Shown here: positions 42,993 to 56,422 of the stretch, in pieces | How the letters are laid out: each line of letters begins with the position of its first letter | Position numbering within the stretch: the first letter of the stretch is position 1 | Source: Chrysomallon squamiferum | Lineage: Eukaryota > Animalia > Mollusca | Direction of reading: 5' to 3' | Length of the DNA stretch: 64,000 nucleotides | Assembly: GCA_012295275.1 (NCBI GenBank) | Contig: CM022672.1 | Coordinates: 18,724,001 to 18,788,000, forward strand | Program-made: the position numbers and the translations under genes | The notes under the pieces: model-generated | Database searches by the model: none | What the model was told of the DNA's origin: nothing | The model's input: only the letters and a program-made list of their open reading frames with translations

Positions 42993-43565
42993 CTAATGTA
43001 TTATCTCTAATGTATTGTCTCTAATTTATTATCTCTAATTTATAATCTCTAATTTACTGTCTCTAATTAATGTATTATCTCTAATGTATTGTCTCTAATT
43101 TATTATCTCTAATTTATTGTCTCTAATTTATTATCTCTAATTTACTGTCTCTAATTTATCGTCTCTAATGAATTATCTCTAATGTATTGTCTGTAATTTA
43201 TTATCTCAAATTTATTGTCTCTAATTTATCGTCTTTCATTTATTATCTCTAATTTATTATCTCTAACTTATTGTCTCTAATTTATTATCTCTAATTTATT
43301 CTCTAATTTATTCTCTAATTTATTCTATAATTTATTGTCCATAATTTATTATCTCTAATTTATAATCTCTAACGTATTGCCTCCAACTTATCTCTATTTA
43401 TTGTCTCTAATTTATTATCTCTAATTTATTCTCTAATATACTGTCTATAATTTATTATCTCTAATGTATTATCTGTAATTTATGGTCTCTAACTTATTGT
43501 CTCTAACTTATCTCTATTTGTTATCTCTAATTTGTTGTCTCTAATTTGTTTTCTCTAATTTATTA
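42993..43565. repeat. 14-bp minisatellite (TCTCTAATTTATTR), ~40 copies
   Basis: Direct periodic repetition of tctctaatttatt[ag]. Confidence 0.9.
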
Positions 43566-43880
43566 CGTTTATACTTTGTGCATTATTACGTAAAAATATG
43601 CAATTTTAATCTTACAAAAATAATTTTGTATTATTATTATTATTTTTATTATAAATTATCAGAACATTATAATAAAAATATAAATAAGAAATACATCTAG
43701 AAAAATACAGCCTTTGTTTACTAATTAATTAATTTTGAAATAACAGTACGGGTAATTTTATGACAAATTTGCATCATGTTACTGCCGCCATTGCCAGGGT
43801 TTGCATCTTCTCTTTCTGACACCAGAAACCAATGTCATTATTATTAGTAGTAGTAATAATAGTAGTAGTAGTAGTAGTAA

Positions 43881-43913
<33 letters not shown>

Positions 43914-43947
43914 CAGTATGAAGTGTCATTATTATTAGTAGTAATAA

Positions 43948-44018
<71 letters not shown>

Positions 44019-45226
44019 TGAAGTGTTGCTTAGAAATCATTCTGCTGACTTTATAAAAATCCGAGGGATGGTCGGATTCATAATCAAACTTTTTCTATGC
44101 AGTCACTGGAATTTTCCATTGTGTCAAATGTTTTTAAAAGATTATGGTATGTACTTTTCTATGTTAATATATCAATCTATCTATCTCTCTATTATCCCAA
44201 GCTGGCGGAGAACAGTTCAGAATTACATTTTGATGGATATCGCTGGTTCTCCGCCAGAGATAGGTCTGTATCGTTTTTCGTCGAGTTCAAAACATGTCAC
44301 GTTTTAATCAACTGGCTATTACGTCACTATCTGGTCAATTCACACTTGTCCGAAGATTTCCGAATCTGTGGTTTGTGATTCTCGGGTTTCTTTTTGTGTC
44401 GCGTGTATGTACGGCTGACTGTGTGGTACTTTTTATGTTACCAGCGAACTTGAAAATGACCGATGTAAAGGAATGTAAAGCCAAAATTATTGTTAAATGT
44501 TTATACTAGCCGGAATTTGCCAAAGAAACGATACAGATCTATCTGTGCGTCCAAACGTCCGTCAGAGCTGTTCCTCGGGCTATCTGTCTGTCTATCTGTC
44601 TTGTTTTCTTTCTGTTTGTCAGTCAAACTGATTAAGCGGCAGCTGTTTGGTTTTTTCTCACCTTCATTAACCATATCAGCCTTAACCACGTCTTTATACC
44701 ACAGTCTGCGACTCTAAATAGAACTGCAAAATTACAAATACGTCGAACGTGTCTTTAAATATAACATTTCTTTCTTCTTTAACGTTTTATTTGAGGAACA
44801 GAGCTCGGTACGGCAACAAGAACTCAAGAACTCAGATCCAACGTAAAAGCAATGGTCTAACGAATGCACTGGTCACGACTGAAGACGCTGTTAAGTTTGC
44901 TAATGATGTCCAACCAGACATTCCTCATCTGTAACCACAGCTAGTAATTAGGATAGTAAAAACAATTTATTTTTCGGAAGCTGCGCGCCTACTACACCGG
45001 GAAAGCGCCGTTTGTGTTGCAGTTTCGCCGCTTTGCATTTCCTATAACAACAGTTCACGTGTTATTTTAATGATAGAGTTTTCGCTGCCTATGGCAAAAC
45101 TATCGATGCATGAATTAATGTGATTCAGAAACGAGGCGTATTCAATCAACAATATTCGTTATTAAGAAAGCATGTATATGAATACATATATAGATAGAAA
45201 AATCTATAGCTCGACAGATAGACAGG

Positions 45227-45257
<31 letters not shown>

Positions 45258-45365
45258 GCAGATGGGCAGACAGATATATAGATATATAGTTAGATATGTA
45301 CATACATTTTTGATGTTTGTTAAAGAGATAATTGCGTCTCAAATTGTATATTCGAAGCTTCTGTG

Positions 45366-45368
<3 letters not shown>

Positions 45369-45438
<70 letters not shown>
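45369..45438. repeat. (CT)n microsatellite
   Basis: Pure tract. Confidence 0.95.
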
Positions 45439-45444
<6 letters not shown>

Positions 45445-46094
45445 GATAATAAAATAAAAATTCACAAGACACAGCATTTTGTACTTTCGATCTTTCGTTT
45501 CAAAGTTGTTACGATCTAACGAGTCAAGAAATTTCATAATGGCATGCACAAATGACCTTCTTACCATTTCAAGTAATGATTTGGTAATATTAAACCTATT
45601 TCAAACAACATCCAGTCTCTTTAAAATATTATCAAATTCCAAAACATTTCGTGTATTACCGTATTATTTACATTCATCGGGCAAATAGGCGTAACACAGT
45701 ACATTTCTCAAAAAGCAGCACTTAATTTTTCATAAGTTCAAGAAGGTATATATAAATATGTCTGGTGTCATGAATTTATAAAAACAAAACTGTTATTTCT
45801 TTCTGAAGTAGTCGGTCTAAAGAGGCTATTAAGAAAATAAATTAATATATTGATGTTCGTTGGAGAGAAAACTTTCCCTCTGGCTGTTATGATAGTTGTG
45901 GCGGTTGAAGTGGAAACAATAATAGCAAGTGTGTTGTTTATAGAAGTAGTAATACTAATAGTAGCTGAATAGTGATAATGATAATTAGAAACAGTAGTAA
46001 CAGTAGCAGCAGTTGTAGTAGTACGCATGTTAGTAGGTAGTAATAATAGTAAAAACAGCAACAGCAGTAGAAGCAATAGCTATACAAGAAGTTG

Positions 46095-46196
46095 TAGTAG
46101 AAATAGTAGTGGTAGTAGTAGTAGTAGTAGTAGTAGAAAGTAGTAGTAGTAGTAGTAATAGTAGTAGTAGTAGTAGAAGTAGTAGTAGAAGTAGTA

Positions 46197-46285
<89 letters not shown>

Positions 46286-46360
46286 TTGAGCAGTAGTAGT
46301 AGCAGTAGTAGTAGTAGTAGTAGAAATAGTAGTAGTAGTAGTAGTAGTGGAATTAGTAGT
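46095..46360. repeat. (GTA)n array, imperfect
   Basis: Directly visible. Confidence 0.9.
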
Positions 46361-49301
46361 AGGCACGGTCGTTGTCACTGCATTTGGTGTCGTTCTAATA
46401 AACATCGCTTAAATATATTTTCCTGTATTATTACTGCTACTCGCACGTAAACGTGGGTGAATCTGATTGCTAATCGACTCCCATCAAATCAAACATTCTC
46501 TGGTATGCGTCTTTGCAAGGCAACACGGACTCAGCAGCAGCCCACGGGTCTAATTAGGCAGTTAGCGATTTACGTGGAAGAATTAGCCATTTTGAAATGC
46601 ACTTGTACGAGTCTCCCTTCAGCGATTAAACAGTCGGTGCAGTAGCGTGAAGTCAACATAGGTGCGTAGCGATACAAATCACGATCCCGTGGAGCCCACG
46701 TCCTCTTTCGTTGTTTATGTGCCGTGGGCCTCCGCTGCTTGGTACGTCACGACTGTGTGTATCTACAGACGATGTGTAGAATGTTCAGTTTTACGCGTAA
46801 CTTGTAAACATCGGATTAATTTTTATGTTTTTTTGTGTGTGTGTGTGTGTGTGTGTGTGCGTATACGTGCACATATATATTAGTAGTAGCAGTAGTAGTA
46901 GTAGTAATAGTACCAGCAACAGCAATAGAAGTAATGGTAATAGTAGTAGCTGTTGCAGTAGTACTTATAACAGAGTATATATATAATTGTCGTCACAGTT
47001 GAAATAATAGAATCTTAACAGAAGTAGTAATTGTTGTTAATGTTTTTGATTTTGGCAATAGTGTGCGTTGTAATAGTAGTAGAGGTAGTAGTAGTTGATG
47101 TTGTTAATCTTGTTACAGTAGTAGTAGCAGTAGTAGTCGTAACAGCTGTAGTACCAGAGACGAGCAAAACAATAACGGCGATGATGATGGTCCAGGAATT
47201 GTTTATTATCTTCTAAACGTCATCTGATTTCATAATATTTACATTATCTTTGCAGTTTGCTTTTTACCCTTTTGTTTCAGTTTGCGTGATTCGAGAGATG
47301 CAAACTCATTAGCAGTTGGAATCATTTATCTAATTTAAAACTCGCTGGTCATCATTTATGCATATCCAGGGTGTGTAGGTGGCCTCGGGCGTTTAATTAA
47401 TCAAATAAATGAAAATGTACGTGTCAGTTTGCCTAAGCAGCCGCGGTCACCTAAACAACGACCTCGGGAGTTGAAAGACAACTGAGGATTTGCCCAATGG
47501 CGTGGCATGCATAGCAAGCGAATAAATCAGCTTCTGCAAAACGTTTTTCTTCCAGGAATTGTCATTAACACTATGCAGATTGTGCCTCCTCAGTGCCCTC
47601 CGTGTTTGTAAAACCCTCTAACGATAATTGTCTAGATTAACCGAACGAGTTAAGTTAAAGCGCTGAAGTGAAATTTCTTGTTTTCTAACCTTCACTTAGC
47701 CTTCTATCACTTCATCTTCGCAGATGTAAAGTTTTTTTTCTCGGTTTTTGCGCGTCTCAACATTGGGTGTTGACGGTTCATTGTTATTTTCGTTCAGTTA
47801 TAAACAAAAAGCTTTTCCCGAAAAAAAAAAAAAATGGAAAAACGAAATTCGAGATTCTAATTCGTAAAGGATAAAGAGAGAGTGTAGGCTTAGACGATTC
47901 TAGAATAACTCGTAATCTTTTAAGAAGATAACAAGAAAATTAAACTTTTTAAAAAGTAATTGATTTGCTTTGTTTGATCGAATAACTGGCTCTTTTCACT
48001 TTAGATTTACTTTAGTTCAAGCTAATAATTTTCTGTTGTTAACCATAACCTTGACCTTTTGCAAAAATTAAAATGCTAAAACAGCAGTAGCCTTGACCTT
48101 TAAAATGATACCTTTACTTTATTTGCAACAAATATTTGTAATACCACGTTACAAGAAAGACAGCTTTAACCTTGAAAAAAGTTCTGTTTTTCAGCAAATA
48201 GTTTTGATGAAAAATCATTTCAGCTACTAGGATTATCAGGCATAAAATCGTTTTTTTTTTTTTGGTTTTTTTATTTTATGATTTTAAAAAACATTTTTGG
48301 TTTATTTTATTTTATTTTATAATTTCCTTTTTTATTGTTTTAATTTCTTGTTTAAGATTTGAATGACTGTTTTCGGATAGACAATCCCCGTTATATATAA
48401 TGTATTTGTGACTTCGAAATGGAGTTAATTTTTCTGCATATTAATAAAAAAAATTCTGTGGGTGTAGTACATTAAGCTGGTGTTAATAATAATAGTAATA
48501 ATAATAATAACAACAACCACAACAATAATAATAATAATAATATAGAAATGCCACACCTAATAAAAATAAGATTTCTGAAGTTTATTTTGGTCAATATTTT
48601 GATACGTTCAGCCCTAGTTACATGTAATCTTCATTCAACATCGCGGTGAATGTTTAATCAGTAAGGATAAACGACAAAAGAAACAACGACCTTCGGATTG
48701 TTTGTTAGTTCAGACTCCCAGTTTACAGCAATTGTATATTCAGTCCGTGTTCTGCCTTATTATTAATTTCAGAATTCTATCTGCGTATTGTCTTGCCGTA
48801 AATTTAATGGAAATAAAAATTCAAATTTTCATATTTGCTTATGGTTTGAGACATGCGTGTAATGATGATGGTCATGGATTGCCAAATTACTTGCGTAGGA
48901 TGGAAAACAAACGATTCAAAATCACAGTCACTGATGAGTATGGGAATAAAAGAAATACTTTGTTTATGTGAAAATTGACGAAGTGGGTGGCGAATGTTTT
49001 ATAATAATAAACAGCGCGACTGATACAAGATGTCAAAAGATAAACGTTATGTCAAATAAAAATACGTGTGCTGATGCCAGATGTAAACTAATTCCACACG
49101 TTGTGAGCACGAATATAAATAATATATATAATTTTTTTCTCTCTCTCTCTCTCAAAAGCTGTTGTTACTATCTGTCATTTCTATCAAAAAGTGAAAGTAA
49201 ATAAGTAACAGATAAATAATCATAAATAATTAAATAAGAACTGTAATTTACTTTGTTATTCTCTCAATCCCACCCCATCCCACACTACATGCTTATTCGT
49301 G

Positions 49302-49304
<3 letters not shown>

Positions 49305-49390
<86 letters not shown>
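49305..49390. repeat. (GA)n microsatellite
   Basis: Nearly pure tract. Confidence 0.95.
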
Positions 49391-49391
<1 letters not shown>

Positions 49392-49623
49392 GACAGACAG
49401 ACATACAGACATACAGAGAGAAAGACAGAGAGATCATATACTAATATGTACATTTGGTTGCTGTGTTTGATGATAATGTTTGTTGTTTTTGTTGTTGTGT
49501 CCACGCCAAATATGTTTAAATAATACGTCAGTGCATGCGATTTTATGTATATATGTTACTGTAGTATGATAAATGTGTGTTTGTGTGTATGTGTGTGTGT
49601 ATATAAAGATATATATGTGTGTG

Positions 49624-49654
<31 letters not shown>

Positions 49655-50259
49655 AGATGTATGTTTATTAATGTATATCTAAATGAATGGGACACTGTGT
49701 AGATCCTGTCTCTGTTTATCATTCGATTCCATTTATAAAATCTTTCTGATACGTGAATGTGAAGTTCTTCGTTGAAAACACAAAACTTGAAAGTGTTTTG
49801 ACAAATGACTGTTATGGCAGAGAAATCTACTGCTATAAAAAAAATTTAAAAAAAGATATGCTTTTCTTATTTCACGGAGTAAACACTTACAATCCGTGTG
49901 ACGTAAAACCGGGATTATTTAGAAATCCCAACCAAAGATCACGCATGACCATCATCTGAAAAAATGTCCCAGCCAGTCATCAGTGAGAAAGACGTCATGA
50001 AATAGTGTATTGTCATATTGTAAGTAATTACTACACGTTCAGAGTGCGAGCCTCAAACCTGTTAAGGGGTTATATTAGTCTGGTTAATAGAACAGAGCCA
50101 CATTAATAATTAAGTAACGCTGTATGATCAAAACCACTGAGTCTGTCGTATGTAAGAGGGAATTTAATCATATTACGTTAGAAAAAAGTCGATTATCTCA
50201 TCAATTCACATATCTGTCTGTCTATTTATCTATTTATCTGTCTCTCTGTCTGTCTATAA

Positions 50260-50301
<42 letters not shown>

Positions 50302-51398
50302 GTATATATGTATGTATCTGTGTATGTATGTATTAGTGTATTTGTGTGTGTGTAAATAAATATAAGATTAATTCTGCGAATTATGCTACATCTCTAACGA
50401 TTGTCATTAGGCCTGCTGATTGCAGTTTCATATTACTGGAAAATAAATAAAATTTTACATATAACACGAGCATTCAGTCGTAATTACTCCAAACAGTTAT
50501 CTTCATATAAAAATCGCCTACCTGAATAAAGAAAGATGTATTTAACCGCTGTAATGACAGCTTAAAGTGAACTCAATATCTAATTACGTGGTTTATCCTA
50601 CACAATCGCTTAAGATTATATCAGGTGACTATTTAACACGGTAGACATTTTTTCATTTACACGGTGAAAAGTGATACTATTTTGCCAATTAAAATGTCAT
50701 ACCATAAACAAGACTTAAACGATTTAATGTTAAATAATAACAATAAATCAACGCTTATATCGTTAAGTTTAGTTTTCTTCAGTTTATTTTGGTTAATAGG
50801 AAAATAAAGACTGCGTATGCCTCACTCGTCAAGGTGTAAAAATCAGTAATGAAGCCAATCTTGAGGAGAAATTTATCGGAATAGATCGATATCTCCGTAA
50901 TAAAACGAATTCATGCGTCTGAAACGGTCAACGATAAACTAAAGGAATCTTTCACGAACGAAAAACGCAGCGAAAAGTGAAACGAAGAGAACGTGGATCG
51001 AATCCGTACACCAGCTTCTAAGTGCAGCATGACTGAAAATATTTATCGTCTTTTAACAGCTACAAATTCAGAAGAAAATTGATCAGTCTGAACCCTAGGC
51101 TAGCTGTAATGAGCTAGACAAAGAATCATTCACATTTCTTCGGATATCTTTCACCATGAGCTGGTTTCTGTAACAACTTTAAAACTGCTTTGTTGGATGG
51201 ATCAACAAACTTTTATATTTATGGGTATTATATTACTATCGTGGAACTTTTGTGTGTATGGGGGGTGCTGTGGCATACTAAGATATATCATGATTTGGTG
51301 GGGTAGTATAAGCTAGTGTAAGGAAAAGTAGTATAGTATATGATAAGGTAATGTGCGGTAATGAGAGTAGTCCTGTAATGTTATCACAGAGAAGAGAG

Positions 51399-51547
<149 letters not shown>

Positions 51548-52384
51548 CTAAACGATTAATATTGGTAATCATGATATAAGAGAATAAAAACTCTATCCAC
51601 ATATACAAATTAGTAACAAGGAATAATATTGTTTATGTCCCTACTTCAATTGGAAAGCAGATGTCATGACTTTTGATACATCGAACTAGAACCAGTCATG
51701 TACTTTTACATCGAGTTATAGTGCACACGTGAGTCCGGGACGCAATTTATTCAGCGAGTCCTCCAAGCGTGTGATTTATCAAACGCCGTTGTATATGTTT
51801 TCCCAATATGTCTAAGGCACATATAACAGATCCCTTGATGCTAACGGATGAAGATAGCCGAGAACTCACAAATTATCGTTAATATCTCTTCAATTTGTAT
51901 TCATTGGATATGTGCCGATCTGTTTTTCCTCCGATAATTTTTCTTTTTTTTTCTTTTCAGTGAACCTTATTCATTCTTGTAAGTTATATCTGTCATAACG
52001 ACGACATCTCTTCTGTTCTGACGTCCGTGATCCATCAACAGTATCAAAAGATATCATCTATGATTTGTTTTTATTTAGTCGACAGCGCTGATCTAAACTA
52101 ATCATCGCTGTTGCGACATAACCGCGTCAGTTATGACATGTGATGCCATTTTTATAGGTAGACTATTACGTGGTCAAAATCAAAGAGGGTGACGTATCAG
52201 TTTAGTACTAAATCTAAGTCACATGTCTCTACCGCATTATATTGTGTTCTGTGTACATTAAAGCATCAGAATTGGCAAAAATGGTATGTTATAGTCAGCT
52301 ATGTCCACTTTAAGTGTCTGTAACTACTAAGCTAAAAATATAGCACCTGCGAATTGTTTTTATGTTTTAGGTAATATATCTAAG

Positions 52385-52650
52385 TTTAATTTTGACTTGA
52401 CGTCATTTCAAGGTCAGTTAAACCACAAGGTCGAATTCAAGGTAAAATAAAAGGTCAAAATGTTACCATATTTTAGCTTATATCTATCAAGAATTTGGTT
52501 TTCAATAACACCAACTTGATCAAAATCTACGCACTGATTACCGTTGTCAGAGTTTAAAGAGGAGCAGTCACCCAAATTTGAGGGCCCATATCTCTAAACC
52601 TACTGCTCCAATTAAACTAATATTTGAGATTTGGGCCAGTTAAGTCAGAT
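52385..52650. mobile_element. Probable non-autonomous element relic with CAAGGTC(A) repeats
   Basis: Several (C)AAGGTC(A) units plus ggcccatatctctaaac..ctgctccaatt. Reverse-oriented CCTTGACCTTT pairs occur at 48049-48101. Confidence 0.3.
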
Positions 52651-54221
52651 TTCAGTAACCACAAAAACGATGAAGTTAAAATTTCACTCTTTGACACTGT
52701 GGTTTGAAGTGAATGGCCAATGAACCTGACTTAATGAATGCACGAATGAATGAATGAATGAAAGATCGAATGAATAAATTGATTTTTACTATTTATGGTT
52801 ATTAATGCTGTTTTTGTTGTAGATCATGGTGTTATTATTATTGTTGTTGTTGTTGTTGTTGATGTTATCGTTGTTACTGTGACTGTGTGCTAATTATTGT
52901 AAAAAATATATAATTATGCTTACTGATGTTGGTTTTATTATTATTTTATTAATGCTATGTTCGTATTGTTGCTGCTGCTGCTGTTGTTAATATCTGTTGT
53001 TATTTTTTATTATTATTACTACTACTACTACTACTTCTGTTACTATCACTACTACTACTACTATTTCTGCTACTGCTACTGTTTCATAGAGCTTATTTAT
53101 AAACTACTTAACAAATCATGTAGTAAATAGACAAATTTACTACAGAATCGCAAAAGCAGCTTTTTCTTACTCAAGCAAACAGTGGAATCAAAAAATATAC
53201 CTCTGAAATTTGACTGTGACAGAGAAGTTACTTCAGCACTTGCCGAATCAGAGTTACAACTATTATGAATAGTTATTGCTGTTATTAATACCAAGTATAT
53301 CTGATATCATTATAGTAATCTACTTAACGAGTCATGTAGCATTCTAGCATTTGTTTATTATCTTCTTTTTTTTTTGTATGTTTTAGTCTATGGACAATTA
53401 AAATATAGCCTTCGTTAACATCACCAGAACACAAGAAACAAAGAATCATCCACGAATTTTCGTCGAATCATTACATAAATGTCCTGCTTTCTGCACCTTC
53501 TCGTAGACAGGAGAAAAACGTCACGTCCTAACGATAAGTCATATTCGGGCTACTGGTGGAACGGAGAGTTTTGATCCTGTAGCATATCGCGCCTCAAGCA
53601 ATAACTACAGTCATCAAGCAGAGACTTCCCATCCAGCTCCTTAGTTTCTTCCTGGAAACATCGAGTGCCACAGAATTTAAACTCCATAACGATCGCGCTT
53701 TGAATGCACTAGTAATTAATTAACGTATTAAAGTATCAGAAGTAATCACAAGCGGCCTTCTGTGCATCGTTTCAGTCCAGCGGACACAATACCCATAACA
53801 AATGAAAAACAAAGCTCTAGTGTGGTGAGGACGGGAAAAAACATTAAGTCTGTGAAAGAAGTTCATTTATCCTCTTAACGAGAAGAAATATGGCACACGT
53901 TTCTCAGTGATCAGGTAAAGCTGATAGTCGTGGATACTGTCCGATACGAAAACCAGTAAGAAATCATTGAATTGTCCGCTTTAATCCTGTTCATTTGGTG
54001 ATGGAAGTTTTGTTTTGCTGAATGTTCCGGGTTTAATAACAGCTCGGATTAGTATGTCGTGTGCAGGATGTATTATTATAATTATGATGATAATGATGAT
54101 GAAGATGATTATTGTTATTGTTATTATTATTATTGTTGTTGTTGTTGTTGTTACCATTATTGTTATTATTATTATTATTATTAACTATCAGTGTAACCTG
54201 TTAATCCCCCTATTTGTATTT

Positions 54222-54345
54222 TCATGTATATGGGAAGGTGCATATAAAATTTTCTTGCTGCTAAATCGAATCGAGATGGGTAGAACACACTGGTTGGCTG
54301 CAGTGGTTTCCTCTCCGTATATGTGTGATTCTTAACTACATGATT
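54222..54345 (+). mobile_element. Decayed SINE core fragment (same family)
   Basis: tgggaaggtgcatataaaattttcttgctgctaa...ggctgcagtggtttcctctc; the motif is shared with 1348-1392 and, inverted, with 63100-63190. Confidence 0.55.
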
Positions 54346-54930
54346 CTAAATAATGGAAAATGAAATAATTTATATTGTGTTAAACTGATATGATACTCTA
54401 TATGATGTTACTGAGGCATTTATTTATTTGTTTGTTTGTTTGTTTGTTCGTTTGTTAACTATTTGTTTATAATTGTTTAAAATGTTTCTGTTGTTGTAGT
54501 TATCATCATCATTATCAATATCAACATCGTAACGCCATTAAAAACAAATAAAATTACAAGCGTCATAATTTTACTATTACGATTTATTCCCGTTCCACGT
54601 TCCTAAAAAAAACCCCATTTATTTTCAATAAAAAACAAAACATATTTAGAAGCAGAAAATTGAACAAGTTATATAACAAGCACATTTTTAACCCATCAAT
54701 TATATCGTTATTTTAGTACACACATTAGTAACAGTCTGATGGCTATCTGCACTGAGAGAAGAGACTGTAGCTCACTACAGTCAGAGTTGAAACATATGGC
54801 AAGCTTTAGTTCTTTCCCATTGAGTTATTTCCCGATCTAACTAGTGTTGCCTGTCTGGTCTTAGAGAGAGCGTATGGGAATTTCAAATATTTATCATTGA
54901 AAAACAAATGTATGGCTATCGTATTCTCAC

Positions 54931-55050
54931 GGAATTCAGATTGCGTAATCAAATTTGTTACTTCAATCAGATGCGCTCTTTTATTTTTAAGCGATGGAAT
55001 TGAAATTGCGTAACTTTAATTGTTACTTCAAATCACATCCGCTCTTTTTA
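54931..55050. repeat. 65-bp-period direct duplication
   Basis: ggaatt..attgcgtaa..ttgttacttcaa..ca.at.cgctctttt occurs at 54931 and 54996. Confidence 0.75.
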
Positions 55051-55769
55051 TTGTTTCCGCTAATTTTTCATCTCCATGCCGTTGTTATAAAAAGGCTGGC
55101 ATTTGGTAATTAACCAGACGTGCTTCACAGCAGCTTTCTCTGATTAGCATGTTAATTTTTTTCAAGTTTCAAGGTAATTAAGGAGCGAGAGCGAAGGAAA
55201 CGGTCAAGACGAGAGTTCAGTGAGGCGGGGAAACCAGTGTTTTTGAATGACATTGTCTTTACAGACGAGTATGGCAAGCAATTGTCTATTCTTATTTTGA
55301 TAGGGTGTAATGTGCAATTAACCTGTGTCAATAACATTTATTATACCTAAAATTTTAATGTTTTAATCTGTCTTCCGTGCAGATTCTTATTTTATCTTGG
55401 TTCCCCGTATGACCTTACTCGTATGACCTTTCTCGTATCATTAATCAAAATTACTTAAACGTATGTTTTATGATTTGTATAATGTATTATTATCAAGTCA
55501 TCTGTATATCATAATTAAATAATTAACGTGAACCTTAACTTGCGTTGTGTTTATTTATCTAGTGGATAGATAGACTTATTGATTTGTATAGATTGCTGTC
55601 AATTTAGCGTTTATATTCCTAGTTATGTGGCCATTAAAGCACCTTGTTACCCTAGACTGAGCCTTAATAAAACATACAGTGTGTTTATAAAGGAGTGAGC
55701 CCCGTGACAGTATAATAACAATTACTGTTAAAATGTCGAAATAGTTAAATAAATGTTCATTCAATGGTG

Positions 55770-55870
55770 TGTGTGTGTGTATGTATGTATGTATGTATCT
55801 ATGTATGTATGTATGTATGTATGTATGTATGTATGTATGTATGTATGTATGTATGTATGTATGTATGTAT
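55770..55870. repeat. (TATG)n microsatellite ~550 nt inside the intron from the donor
   Basis: Directly visible. Confidence 0.95.
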
Positions 55871-56422
55871 ACATGTCTGTATGTATATTAATATAAGAAT
55901 TATGTTCTAATATTTCTAAGAAGGTAATCAATTTCGATTTCACTAAGTTCATAATAATTATATAAGCTAATCCTGATTTTTTTTTTTTAAATATATTTTT
56001 TCATTTTATTAATAAAACAATTTGAATTATTCCTATCCACGTTATGGATCAAAACATAGTTGGTTATGCATTTTTATTTTTTTTATATGTTAATAAAAAG
56101 ACCCATATTCAGTTACTTTGTTGTGAAACGTATTTCATCTTGAAAGCTATAATTATATCATTTTCGTAAATCCAGGAGTCTGATCGTAAGACAAAGGTGA
56201 AACGAAGACTAGATCAAATCAATTTAATAATTTGTACTATACCCAGCTATGTAACGTTCTAAAAATATGTGCACAAATGATAATAGATTTATAATCAAGA
56301 TATCTACAAGATCAAAGAATGCAGACTTACCTGTCAGGTATTTAAAAAATCAGGTTGTTCTTTTCAAAACTGACTTAGTTAAACGTCAATAAATTAACTT
56401 AACAACGTCAGAAGAGACTTAC

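Noticed and set aside
56394-56422. The ORF-track C-terminus KSLLTLLS* as the true end of the protein
   Set aside because: It is read-through into the intron past a canonical donor. TM7 is encoded at 24138 and below.
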